Assembly (NCBI GenBank): GCA_040901675.1 | Contig: JBBDYJ010000011.1 | Span: 32,001 to 96,000, forward strand | Source: Pirellulales bacterium | Lineage (GTDB): Bacteria; Planctomycetota; Planctomycetia; Pirellulales; JAICIG01 | Direction of reading: 5' to 3' | Length of the DNA stretch: 64,000 bases | Shown here: piece by piece, positions 9,494-18,946 of the stretch | Layout: each line of letters starts with the position of its first letter | Numbering within the stretch: the stretch's first letter is position 1 | Made by a program: the position numbers and the translations under genes | Notes under the pieces: generated by a model | Told to the model about the DNA's origin: nothing | The model's input: the letters and a program-made list of their open reading frames with translations, nothing else | Databases searched by the model: none

Positions 9494-10555
9494 ATGCCTG
9501 CCACTCGGATGCGGGGCTTTACCCTGGTCGAACTGCTCGTCGTGATGACGATCGTCGCACTGCTGGCGGCCTTGTTGATACCCGCCGTCATGGCCGCTCG
9601 CGAGACCGGCCGAACCGTGCAATGCCGAAACAGCCTCCGCCAGATCGGCATGGCCATCCTCGGTTACGCCCACCAACACAACGGCGCCTATCCCACGTAC
9701 CGCTGGTATGACCCCGGCCTGCCGCACGCGATGGACTTCAATGGCGAGAAGATCTGGGTTGCTAGTCCCCGCTGGAACTTGATTATCGGACCATTCATCG
9801 AAGGCTCGCTCGACACCGACGTTCTGGATCCGGACGGCAACGGCATCGCCGACTTCGACGACGATTTTACGCCGTTCGGCAACGACGTGTTTGTCTGCCC
9901 GAATGCGATCGAACGGAACAACTCGCGCGACAGCGGCTATGGCTACAACTACCACTTCCTCGGCCATGCTCGGGTGAACCTGGCCAACGATCCCACCTTG
10001 ATCTCCGGCCCTCCTTGGATCAACTTCCCGGTCACGCAGGCGCACATCACCAACTCGTCGCAAACCGTGATGGTGGCCGACAGCTTGGGCACCGCGGCCG
10101 GCTACGCGGACAAGAATCGCGAGCCATATTCGTTCGCCTCCAAGCGCTGCAATGCCCGCGGCAACCACGCTTACAGCCTCGATCCACCAATCCCTTGGTA
10201 TGCGGATGCAGCCGGCGATCTGTTTCTCGGCAACGTCTGCGAGATGAACTGCGAACCGCCGCCGCTGGCCGCGGCCCCCAACGCCCGATTCGGCTACGGC
10301 GCCGTCGATGGCCGCCACCGCGGCCTGGCGGTGGCGGTCTTTGCCGATGGGCACGTGGCGGCCATGACGCCGGAAGACTTTGGCTACGTTATCCGGCCGG
10401 ATGGATCGTTCGCATACCACGACCTGTCGGAACTGTTCACCGATGCCAACGGAAATGGAATTCCAGAGAAGAATGAATGGAAAGCGAGCAACCGCTGGTT
10501 CAGCGGAACGGGAGCGAACCACCTGCTTCCGAAGGCACATCCCGGTTATCGTTGA
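9494..10555 (+). CDS. DUF1559 prepilin-type N-terminal cleavage/methylation domain protein
   Basis: RGFTLVELLVV, PAV.AARE..R..QC.N.LRQIG and C-terminal H-X9-DG (RHRGLAVAVFADGH); AGGAGG ribosome-binding site. Confidence 0.92.
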   Translation: MPATRMRGFTLVELLVVMTIVALLAALLIPAVMAARETGRTVQCRNSLRQIGMAILGYAHQHNGAYPTYRWYDPGLPHAMDFNGEKIWVASPRWNLIIGPFIEGSLDTDVLDPDGNGIADFDDDFTPFGNDVFVCPNAIERNNSRDSGYGYNYHFLGHARVNLANDPTLISGPPWINFPVTQAHITNSSQTVMVADSLGTAAGYADKNREPYSFASKRCNARGNHAYSLDPPIPWYADAAGDLFLGNVCEMNCEPPPLAAAPNARFGYGAVDGRHRGLAVAVFADGHVAAMTPEDFGYVIRPDGSFAYHDLSELFTDANGNGIPEKNEWKASNRWFSGTGANHLLPKAHPGYR

Positions 10556-10604
10556 AGCTTGGAACCGCGGTTGGCATGAGCCCGCTTGCGGCGAAGGGAC
10601 GGCA

Positions 10605-11321
10605 ATGGACGAGCCGCGTAATTGGCAGAGCGACTTCGCCTGCCCGGCCTGCGGCCGGCGCAGCCGTGTTGAGGTCTCGGCGATGCACTGCGTCCTGCGC
10701 TGTCCGCATTGCCGAAAGAGGCTGGTGATTGGCAAGAACGCAGTCCAGACGATCGGCCGCGGGTGGTGGAAACGTGGCCTGGCCGGCTTGGCCAGGATGG
10801 CGGCCCGCTCCGACCGCCGGCCCTCGGCCCAGCCAAGCGGCCCGACGAACACCATCCGTTCGCGGAAACGTTGGCGTGTCATCATCGCCGGCATGGTCCT
10901 GCTATCGGCCGGCGGCCTCGCCGCCGCGGCCTCCCGGCTGCTGCCGCTCGGCAACCCCTCGGCCGGCGTGGCCGACGGCCGTGAAGTCGAGGCGTGCGCC
11001 GAGCGGTTTCTGGCGGCCTGGATGGCCGGCGACCTGGAGACGGCTCAGGCCTTTGTCGCGCAAACCGACGTACCGTCGTTGCGCCAGTGGTGGGCAGCCA
11101 GCCGAGGCGGATCAAGATCGCCTGCGGGCCAGATGTCCGGCGGCCGGATCATCCACATCGAATCGACCTTGGAGGGCGGCAACCGGGCGAGAACGCGGCT
11201 TCACTTCAAGGTGAAAGGCCGGGAGCAGCAGTTGTTCCACGATTGGACCAAGGAAGCCGACGGTTGGAAGATCGACCTTGGTTCGATGCATGCGAAGAAC
11301 AGAGGAGCCGACTCCTTTTGA
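10605..11321 (+). CDS. Zn-ribbon (CPAC/CPHC) single-pass membrane protein with an NTF2-like C-terminal domain
   Basis: Two CxxC motifs, one TM segment, then AERFLAAWMAGD...GWKID. Confidence 0.6.
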   Translation: MDEPRNWQSDFACPACGRRSRVEVSAMHCVLRCPHCRKRLVIGKNAVQTIGRGWWKRGLAGLARMAARSDRRPSAQPSGPTNTIRSRKRWRVIIAGMVLLSAGGLAAAASRLLPLGNPSAGVADGREVEACAERFLAAWMAGDLETAQAFVAQTDVPSLRQWWAASRGGSRSPAGQMSGGRIIHIESTLEGGNRARTRLHFKVKGREQQLFHDWTKEADGWKIDLGSMHAKNRGADSF

Positions 11322-11340
11322 ACGTCATGCCGCCGTAATG

Positions 11341-12225
11341 CTAGCCCTTCAGCCCCGCCGACTGCCGGCAGACCTTGGCCACGGCGGCGAAGTCCTCCCC
11401 TGCGAAGCCGTGGTTCATGGCCGCCGTGTACTGCTGGAAGGCGGCCGCCGCCACCGGCATCGGCACCTTGAGTGCTCTGGCCATTTCCAGGGCCAGCCCA
11501 ACGTCCTTGCGCATCAGCTCGGTGGTGAAGCCGGCCTGGTACTGGTCGGCCAGGACGAACTTGCGAGCGCGGGCCTCGAACATGCTCGAATTGCCGCTGG
11601 AAACCGCGACTACGTCGGCCATGGTCTCCAGGTCGGCGCCGGCGGCCTGGGCCAAGGCGAACCCCTCGCCGATCAGCGTCATGATGCCCCCGGCCATCAT
11701 CTGGTTCACGAGCTTGATCGTCTGCCCCGCGCCCAAGGGACCGACGTGGAACAGCTTGTCGCCCAAGGCCTCCAGAACCGGCCTGGCCCGCTCGAAGTCG
11801 GCCTGCGAGCCACCTGCCATGATTGCCAGCGTGGCCGCCTCGGCGCCCCAGGGCCCTCCCGAAACCGGGGCATCGAGCATGGCCATGCCGGCGTCGTTCA
11901 GCCGCGCGGCGACCTGGCGCACGGTGTCGGGCCCGATGGTGCTCATTTCGATCAACAGCTTGCCGGCGGCCGCCCCCTCGACGACGCCTGCCGGGCCCAA
12001 GGTCACCTCGAGCACCTGGGCGTCGGCCGTGACGATGGTCACCACGAACTCGGCGGCGCGTGTCACCTCGGCCGGGCTGGCTGCCTGGCGGGCGCCGGCC
12101 GCCACCAGCTCGGCCGCAGCCTCCGGCCGCCGCGCGTAGACCACCAGGCTGTGTCCCGCGGCGAGCAGATGCCTGGCCATGGGCCGCCCCATCGTTCCCA
12201 ATCCGATAAATCCGACCGTGCTCAT
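11341..12225 (-). CDS. NAD(P)-dependent beta-hydroxyacid dehydrogenase (3-hydroxyisobutyrate/tartronate semialdehyde reductase family)
   Basis: VGFIGLGTMG, DAPVSGG, KLVNQ and KDVGLA motifs. Confidence 0.92.
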   Translation of the reverse strand: MSTVGFIGLGTMGRPMARHLLAAGHSLVVYARRPEAAAELVAAGARQAASPAEVTRAAEFVVTIVTADAQVLEVTLGPAGVVEGAAAGKLLIEMSTIGPDTVRQVAARLNDAGMAMLDAPVSGGPWGAEAATLAIMAGGSQADFERARPVLEALGDKLFHVGPLGAGQTIKLVNQMMAGGIMTLIGEGFALAQAAGADLETMADVVAVSSGNSSMFEARARKFVLADQYQAGFTTELMRKDVGLALEMARALKVPMPVAAAAFQQYTAAMNHGFAGEDFAAVAKVCRQSAGLKG

Positions 12226-12518
12226 GGATCGCTCCTCCCAGGGTTCGGCCCCGAAGATTTCGGCCCCGGCCCGCTCGCGGGTCGAGAGCTGCTCCGAGGC
12301 GGCGGCCCCACGTGTCCCGACGGGACACTTCAAACGGTTTCTCCGAACCATCCGGCGCGGCCGGATTTTCCGGCGAGCCGGCCGCGGATGCCCCTTAGTC
12401 GCGGAGCAACGGCCACTTGCGACTTGGCACCGCCCGGGGCCGTTTGCGATTTTGCGCAATCGACAGGTAGAATAGAATAGTGGAGATCGTTTCGCCATCT
12501 TTGAGGGGAGCGTCTGGC

Positions 12519-13034
12519 GTGTCGTCCGGCAACCGCATCCGCCTGCAGCGGATTCTTCGAGAGGCAGAGGGTTATCTGGAGCTGAACATGCCCCAGACCG
12601 CTCTCGATATGCTCGCTCGCATGACGGAACCGGGCACGTTCAAGGGCCAGCAGCTCTACCTGACGGGCGAGGCATTGCGGGCCCTGACCCGCTACGAGGA
12701 GGCCATCGACCCGCTCGAGCAGGCGGCCGATCTGTTGCCCAGCAACATCCACGTTTGGCTGGCGCTGGGCTGGTGCCGCAAGCGCCTGGGCCGTCTCGAC
12801 CTGGCCATCCAGGCGCTGGAGCGGGCCGAGGAAGTCGAGCCCAAGGAAGCGCTGATCCACTACAACCTGGCCTGCTACTGGAGCCTGGCCGGCAAGAAAC
12901 AGCGTGCGCTGGCCTACCTGTCGCGGGCGATTGCCATTCAGCCCAACTACCGCGAGCTGATCGGAGACGAGTCGGATTTCGACCCGATACGCTCCGACCC
13001 CGAGTTCCGCGCCCTCACTGGCATCATCGTTTGA
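12519..13034 (+). CDS. Tetratricopeptide repeat protein
   Basis: AEGYLEL, ALGWC, HYNLACY and SDFD; GTG after GAGGGGAG. Confidence 0.85.
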   Translation: MSSGNRIRLQRILREAEGYLELNMPQTALDMLARMTEPGTFKGQQLYLTGEALRALTRYEEAIDPLEQAADLLPSNIHVWLALGWCRKRLGRLDLAIQALERAEEVEPKEALIHYNLACYWSLAGKKQRALAYLSRAIAIQPNYRELIGDESDFDPIRSDPEFRALTGIIV

Positions 13035-13083
13035 TCAGGCCCGTCGCGAACCTGGCGCCGCACGGGCGCCGCCGCTCTTAGCG

Positions 13084-13602
13084 TCACGTGAAGCAGACGA
13101 CCGGCTGCGAACGCGGCGCCGCGGCCGGCCACCTGCCGTCCCGGTAGCCGGAAAGAGTCGCCCGCCACGACTCGTCGGAGAAATGGCCGGCCTTCGAAAA
13201 AATCACCGTCCGCCCCTCGCGGTCGATGATGGCCGTGCTGGGAAACTCCCGGGCGCGGAAGCGCCGGGCGACCTCGCGCCCATACGCCGTGGTGACGTCC
13301 ACGTGGCACAGCGTGTATTTCGCCAAGAGGTCGTCGGCGCCCCGGTCGTCACGCCGGCTGACCTGCTCGACACGCAGCCGGCGATCCGAGGAATCGTCCA
13401 GCACCACCAATAGCGGCTTGCGGGCGGCCTTGGTGGCCTCCAGGGCGGCGCCGTAGTCGGAAAACCACGTCAGCCCTTGCACGCTCTCCCGATCCGACTC
13501 GATCGCGGCGTCCAGCGACCGCGTCTCGGCGGCCAGGGCCGCTTGTGCGCCTGCAACGATGACAGCCATTGCCACAACGAAAACCCTCAACACGCGGCTC
13601 AT
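13084..13602 (-). CDS. Secreted thioredoxin-like protein lacking CxxC
   Basis: Signal peptide; W..DY.AAL..K...KPLLV and FPSTAIID..G; AGGAG ribosome-binding site. Confidence 0.65.
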   Translation of the reverse strand: MSRVLRVFVVAMAVIVAGAQAALAAETRSLDAAIESDRESVQGLTWFSDYGAALEATKAARKPLLVVLDDSSDRRLRVEQVSRRDDRGADDLLAKYTLCHVDVTTAYGREVARRFRAREFPSTAIIDREGRTVIFSKAGHFSDESWRATLSGYRDGRWPAAAPRSQPVVCFT

Positions 13603-13830
13603 GCTTCGACTCCTTTCCCATGTAGTTGCGTTCAAGGTCCCAGCATCCGGTTAGTGGCCGCAAGGTTAGCCCTGCTTTCCCAATCTAACAAGGGGCTCTT
13701 GCGGGGGGTGCGAGGTGGAGGTCCCGGAAAAAGTTGCAGAATCCGGGTCGCCTCGCATATCCTGGAGCCGGCTGTGGGGGTTAACGACGCTGGCCGGGTT
13801 TTTTTTGCTCCAGACGCAGCGAGGCATGGC

Positions 13831-15246
13831 ATGCTGCGCATCAACGGGCGGACCGCTCGGGTTTGCGATGGCTTTACCCGCCGCGAGGTGCTCGAAGTAG
13901 GAGGGCTGGGTGCCTTGGGCCTGATGCTCTCCGACGTCCTGCGCCTGCAAAGCCGCGCCGCCAACTCGGCTCAGCAGGCGCGGAAGGCCGACGCCTGCAT
14001 CCTGGTCTTTCTGTTCGGCGGCCCCAGCCAGATCGACACCTTCGACATGAAGCCTCTGGCGCCCTCCGAGTTTCGCGGCGAATTCCAGCCGATCGAAACC
14101 AACGTGCCGGGCATTTCGATCTGCGAACATTTCCCGCAACTGGCCGCGCAGGCCGACAAGTTCGCCATCCTGCGGTCGATGAACCACCTGCACCCGCGGC
14201 ACGGGTACGGGCTGCACTACATGTTCACCGGGCGCGAGCACCCGCGTCCCGACCTGGATGCGCCGCCCACACCTGGCGATTTTCCCTCCTTGGGCTCGCT
14301 GGTGGCGAAGCTGCAAGCGCCGCGGGCCGACTTTCCGCCGGCAGTCACGCTGCCCCGTTGGAACCGCTTTCTCGACGTTCCCAACGACTACGCCGGCGAG
14401 CTGGCCGGATTTCTCGGCAAGAACTACGACCCCTGGCTGGTGCGCGCCGAGCCGAATACCAGCGAGTTTGCCGTGTCGGGAATCGACCTGCCCGCCGGAA
14501 TGTCGATCGACCGGCTGGCCGGCCGCCGCGAGCTGTTGGACTCGATCAAGAGCCGACTGGCCCGCATCGCCGACACTGAACAGGTTGGCCAGCACGACTC
14601 GCTCTACCGCCAGGCCTTCGCCCTGGTCACGTCGCCGCAGGCGCGTGTTGCCTTCGACCTCGAGCGCGAGCCGGCCGCCCTGCGCGACCGTTACGGCCAG
14701 GGACCATTCGGCCAGGGCCTCTTGCTCTCGCGCCGGCTGGTCGAGGCCGGCGCCTCGCTGGTGACCGTCAACTGGCACGACGACGGCAGCGACGTGAAGA
14801 GTCCCTTCTGGGACACGCACAAAGACAATTTCCGCACGCTGAAAGACAAGCTGATCCCGCCCGTCGATCGCGGACTTTCCGCCCTGCTCCAAGATCTCTC
14901 GGCCCGCGGCCTGTTGGATCGAACGCTGGTGATCGTGATGGGCGAGTTCGGCCGCACCCCGCGGATCGGTCGCGTCGTGATGAACGCCGCCACCGACTCG
15001 ACCGGCCGGGATCACTGGCCTCACGCCTACTCGGTCCTCTTGGCCGGCGGCGGCGTTCGCGGCGGCCAGGTCTACGGCGCCTCGGACGACCGGGCCGCCT
15101 ACGTCGTCGACGGCAGCGTGACGCCGCCCGACCTGGTGGCCACGGTGCTCACCTGTCTGGGCATCGACACCGCCTCGCGGATCTACGATCGTCAAGGCCG
15201 CCCCCACTTCGCCTGCGAGGGCCGCCCCATCACCGGCCTGTTCTAA
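13831..15246 (+). CDS. DUF1501 domain protein
   Basis: TRREVL twin-Arg-like leader, GGPSQIDTFDMKP, WDTH, GEFGRTP and GRDHW. Confidence 0.93.
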   Translation: MLRINGRTARVCDGFTRREVLEVGGLGALGLMLSDVLRLQSRAANSAQQARKADACILVFLFGGPSQIDTFDMKPLAPSEFRGEFQPIETNVPGISICEHFPQLAAQADKFAILRSMNHLHPRHGYGLHYMFTGREHPRPDLDAPPTPGDFPSLGSLVAKLQAPRADFPPAVTLPRWNRFLDVPNDYAGELAGFLGKNYDPWLVRAEPNTSEFAVSGIDLPAGMSIDRLAGRRELLDSIKSRLARIADTEQVGQHDSLYRQAFALVTSPQARVAFDLEREPAALRDRYGQGPFGQGLLLSRRLVEAGASLVTVNWHDDGSDVKSPFWDTHKDNFRTLKDKLIPPVDRGLSALLQDLSARGLLDRTLVIVMGEFGRTPRIGRVVMNAATDSTGRDHWPHAYSVLLAGGGVRGGQVYGASDDRAAYVVDGSVTPPDLVATVLTCLGIDTASRIYDRQGRPHFACEGRPITGLF

Positions 15247-15249
15247 AGC

Positions 15250-15651
15250 CTACTTAGAAGTCGCTACCTTCAGGATCAAGGTGCTTTTCGCTGGCTCCTT
15301 GGCCGGCTTCCTCTTCTTCGGCTTCTTCGGCTTGCCCTTCTTCGGTTTCGGCGTTGCGGCTTTCACGACGATCCTGCCGCCCGCCGCCGCAAGAGCCCGT
15401 ACGAGTTGATCCAGGGATACGTCGCTGGCGGCACGCTCGATTTTGGCGATTCGAGGCTGGCTCGTCTTAAGCTTCGCTCCCAACTCTTTCTGCGATAGGT
15501 GACTGGCCTCGCGCTGCCGGCGAACGGCCAAGGCCAGCTCCACCCGTGCGACGAGCAACTGGCGCTCTTCGTCATTCATCGCCAGGAAGTCAGCGGCATC
15601 GCCGATTTTCCAACCTGCCGCTTCGAGTGCCTTGCGCTTTGCCAAGTCCAT
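15250..15651 (-). CDS. XRE/HigA-like helix-turn-helix protein with a Lys/Pro-rich tail
   Basis: LSQKELG..LKTSQPRIAKIE HTH and KRKALEAAGW N-terminus. Confidence 0.85.
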   Translation of the reverse strand: MDLAKRKALEAAGWKIGDAADFLAMNDEERQLLVARVELALAVRRQREASHLSQKELGAKLKTSQPRIAKIERAASDVSLDQLVRALAAAGGRIVVKAATPKPKKGKPKKPKKRKPAKEPAKSTLILKVATSK

Positions 15652-15748
15652 CGCTGTCACCTTACCTCGCCGTTCCCTTTTTCTTGCCGCCGCTGGGCAA
15701 TCGGCCATGCGGCGCTCCGTTCGGCTTCCCAAAGGGCCGCCCAGCCGC

Positions 15749-16066
15749 CTACCAATACCAGTAAGCGCCGTAGCGCGGGTAGCTGTAGTAGGAGCTCCGG
15801 TAGGGATATCCGTAACCGCGATAGTAGCTGTAGCTGCGATACGGGGAGCCGTAGCCGCGGTAATAGCTGTAGCTGCGATACGGATAGCCGTAACCCCGAT
15901 CGTAGCTGCGGTACGGCCGGTAGTAGCTGCGGTACGGATAGTAACCGCCGCGGTAGCCGTAATAGCCCCGCCCGGGGCGACCCCAGCGCTGGGCCATCGC
16001 TTCAGTCGAGGCGGCCCAGACGGCGCCGGCCAGAACAAGGATCAATGCCAAACGTTTCATTTGCAT
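15749..16066 (-). CDS. Small secreted Tyr/Gly/Arg/Ser-rich repeat protein
   Basis: Signal peptide ending AMA, then PYRSYSYYRGYG repeats; GGAGGGAG directly upstream (start 16066 or 16060). Confidence 0.75.
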   Translation of the reverse strand: MQMKRLALILVLAGAVWAASTEAMAQRWGRPGRGYYGYRGGYYPYRSYYRPYRSYDRGYGYPYRSYSYYRGYGSPYRSYSYYRGYGYPYRSSYYSYPRYGAYWYW

Positions 16067-16170
16067 CTCCCTCCAGCGTTCTCGGCACCCGCGGTGTCGC
16101 GCCCAAACCCGGGTCCAACCTCAATTTTTCGCTTGAGGGCCGCCACGGGCAAGATGGCAAAGGATGGCCG

Positions 16171-17553
16171 TTACCGGCGCTTGATCGCTTGGAACAGCGA
16201 AACCAACGCTTGGCCGGACAACAGAGCGAGGATCGGCACCAGCGGAAGGCGGAAGCGGTGATAGCCCGCTGGCCCGCCCGACAAGGCAAGCAAGCACAGC
16301 GCGACGAGACATAACAGAACCAGCGGCTCGCTCTTCCAGGCGCGAGTGGTCAACAGGCCGGCAAGCGATAACACCAGGTACGCCATCAGCACGATCCGCA
16401 GCACAGCGTGGATCGCCACCTCCCAGGGACGCGTGCGAATCGCCCTGCCCAGCCGATCGAGCAGCCCGGCCGGCCTGCCCGCAACCGGTTCGGCCCCAGG
16501 TTTTCTCAGCCCAAAAAAATCGACATAAGCGCTCGTGCCCACGTCGAACATCGTTCCACGTACTCCCTCCAGGTGGATCCGGACGAAACCCCACGGATCG
16601 TCGCGCACGATCCGCAAAGCCTCGGACCGCAGGAATTCGTAGCAGCGGGCATCGTTCCACCCGCGCTGCTCCGGGTGCAGGCGATAATAGACCGCCTCGC
16701 TGCGGTAGCCGAGCTGCTGCTGCACCAAGTCGAGCGGCTGCGCCTGCTGCCGAGCCAGCACAGCCGCGGCCTGGTAGTAGTAGAGGTTGACGTCGGCGAT
16801 GGCCGCGAACCGCGGGTAATCCGCCACGGCATAGTTCCGCACCTGCCAGGCGCCCAGAAGCGCCATCGACAACAGGCCGAAGCCAGCAGCCTGGCCAAGC
16901 CGCTTCAGCCGCTGGTCCGCGTGCCGCCAGACCAGGACCGCCAGGGCCGCGGCCACCATGGCCGGCAGGAAATACCCGATCGGCCGGACGTAGACGGCGG
17001 CGGCCAGCGCCAGCGCCGACGCAGCCAGCTCGCGCCACGACAACGATCGCAAGTATCGAATCAGCAACAGGCCAAAGGCCGCCAGCAAGGTAGTGAAAAG
17101 CGATTCGGTCAAGAGCTTGCCGGCATAGAGCACGCTTAACGGCTCGCAGGCGTACAACAGCCCGGCGGCGAACGCCGCGTCGGTTCGATCGAAAAGCACC
17201 TTGGCGGTTTGGAACACCAGCCAGGCCGTCAGGCAGCCCAGGCCGATCTGCAGCGCGATCGTCACCCCGTCGACGTGCCCGGCCAGGACTCCAATCGACA
17301 GAAACAGCGGGTAGCCGGGCGTGCGGGCCAGCTCGGGCTTTCCGCGGTTGCTGAAGCCCTGCCGCTCGACGAGCTTCTCGGCCAGGTCGATGTAACCATA
17401 GCTGTCCGGCTCACGCGTCAATGGGCCGCGAGGCGTGACGGCCAGCGCCACCAGCGGCGCCGCCAACCGCAGGGCCAGGGCCACGAGCAAAACAACGACG
17501 AGCGGTCGCGCGCGGCAGCAGGTCGATCGAGGCCTGAAGTCCGGCAGGTTCAC
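16171..17553 (-). CDS. ArnT/PMT-like (GT39/GT83) membrane glycosyltransferase
   Basis: DS.GY..LA, RTPGYPLFL, LTESLF, VRP and RFRLP motifs; multiple TM segments. Confidence 0.8.
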   Translation of the reverse strand: MNLPDFRPRSTCCRARPLVVVLLVALALRLAAPLVALAVTPRGPLTREPDSYGYIDLAEKLVERQGFSNRGKPELARTPGYPLFLSIGVLAGHVDGVTIALQIGLGCLTAWLVFQTAKVLFDRTDAAFAAGLLYACEPLSVLYAGKLLTESLFTTLLAAFGLLLIRYLRSLSWRELAASALALAAAVYVRPIGYFLPAMVAAALAVLVWRHADQRLKRLGQAAGFGLLSMALLGAWQVRNYAVADYPRFAAIADVNLYYYQAAAVLARQQAQPLDLVQQQLGYRSEAVYYRLHPEQRGWNDARCYEFLRSEALRIVRDDPWGFVRIHLEGVRGTMFDVGTSAYVDFFGLRKPGAEPVAGRPAGLLDRLGRAIRTRPWEVAIHAVLRIVLMAYLVLSLAGLLTTRAWKSEPLVLLCLVALCLLALSGGPAGYHRFRLPLVPILALLSGQALVSLFQAIKRR

Positions 17554-17575
17554 GGCGCGGCAGCCCAACGGCGAG

Positions 17576-18823
17576 TCATGGCTCTTCGATACGGTATAGA
17601 TGCGTGGCCGTCCGCAGGAAGATGGCGCCGTCGGAAACGGCCAGCGAGGCCAGCGTGCGGCCCTGCACCTGGTTGGAAGCCAGCTTCTTGAACTCGCGAC
17701 TGGGGGCGATGACGGTGGTCAACCCTTCTTCGCTGAGAAAATAAATCCGCCCATCGGCGAAGATCGGCGAGGCCGCATAGTTGCCGCCGATTCGCTGTTG
17801 CCAACGCTCTTGCCCGCTGCGGGCGTCGGCGCAGGTGGCAATTCCGTTGTCGCTGATAAAGTACAGCTCGTCGCCGACCAGCAAAGGCGACGGATTGTGC
17901 GGAACGTTTCTTCGTATCGTCCACTCGATGTGCGTCTCGGTCACGTCGCCTGCGCCGTCGGGCCGGATGGCATACAGAAGCGGCGTGTCGTAGCCGGTGC
18001 AGACATACACCAGCCCATGCCCGAAGACCGGCCGAGGCACGAGCGAGTAGCCGTCGTGGCGGACCTTCCATGCCACTTCGCCGTTCGACGGATTGTAGGC
18101 GACCACCTGCTCGCCGGACGTGCTGATCAACAGGTCCTTCCCGCCGACCCGGATCACCAGCGGAGTCGAATAGGCCATCTGCCCGGGGCGTTCCATCTTC
18201 CAGCGAGTCGCGCCGCTCTTCTGGTCCAGGGCCGCGACAAATTGCACGTCCGTCCCATCACAATTCACAATCAGCAGGTCCTTGTACAGCACCGGCGATC
18301 CGGCTGGCCCATGACGATGGTCGTAAACCAGCTCCGTATTGCGCCACAGCACCTTTCCCTTCGTCGAAAGGCAGGCCATGCCGTGCGCGCCGTAGTGAAC
18401 ATAGACCCGGCTGCCTTGGACCACCGGCGTGGGAGATGCGTGGCTGTTCTTGTTGTGGATCGTTCCCGGCTCGGCCTTCTCGAACACCTCGACGTCGTGC
18501 AGTATCGAGCCGGTGTCGCGGTCGAGCGCCACCGCCCTCAGCGACCGCCCGTCGTCCAGTGCCGTCGTCAGCCAGATTTGCTTCCCCTGGATCGCCGGCG
18601 AAGACCAGCCCAAACCGGCGACGGGGACTTTCCAGGTGATGTTGCGGGTCTGGCCGTCGGCCGTTTCACTCCACGCCAGGGGCAGCCCTTTTTCCGAAGA
18701 GTGCCCCTGCCCACCGGGGCCGCGAAACTGCGGCCAGTCGGCCGCCGCGATGCGCCCGGCTGACCAGGCGCTGAGCAACAAAGCCATCAGCAGCAAGGCG
18801 GGCCAGGTGCGCGGCATCGGCAT
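17576..18823 (-). CDS. PQQ-binding-like beta-propeller repeat protein
   Basis: Signal peptide, DWPQFRGP and repeated SSP/STP/ASP blades. Confidence 0.9.
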   Translation of the reverse strand: MPMPRTWPALLLMALLLSAWSAGRIAAADWPQFRGPGGQGHSSEKGLPLAWSETADGQTRNITWKVPVAGLGWSSPAIQGKQIWLTTALDDGRSLRAVALDRDTGSILHDVEVFEKAEPGTIHNKNSHASPTPVVQGSRVYVHYGAHGMACLSTKGKVLWRNTELVYDHRHGPAGSPVLYKDLLIVNCDGTDVQFVAALDQKSGATRWKMERPGQMAYSTPLVIRVGGKDLLISTSGEQVVAYNPSNGEVAWKVRHDGYSLVPRPVFGHGLVYVCTGYDTPLLYAIRPDGAGDVTETHIEWTIRRNVPHNPSPLLVGDELYFISDNGIATCADARSGQERWQQRIGGNYAASPIFADGRIYFLSEEGLTTVIAPSREFKKLASNQVQGRTLASLAVSDGAIFLRTATHLYRIEEP

Positions 18824-18946
18824 GGGATCCTCAAAACGGCGGGGAGCGACTTTCCGTGGCGGGACGCACAGGTTATGTTCGTCCATGCCTGGTGGTTTTG
18901 CAAGCCGAGCACGGTTGGACCGCTTTTCAATTGGACCGAGCGCAGG

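Noticed and set aside
15780..15965. Tandem DNA repeats rich in GTAG, as a REP or CRISPR array
   Set aside because: They are explained by TAC (Tyr) codons of the minus-strand repeat protein.
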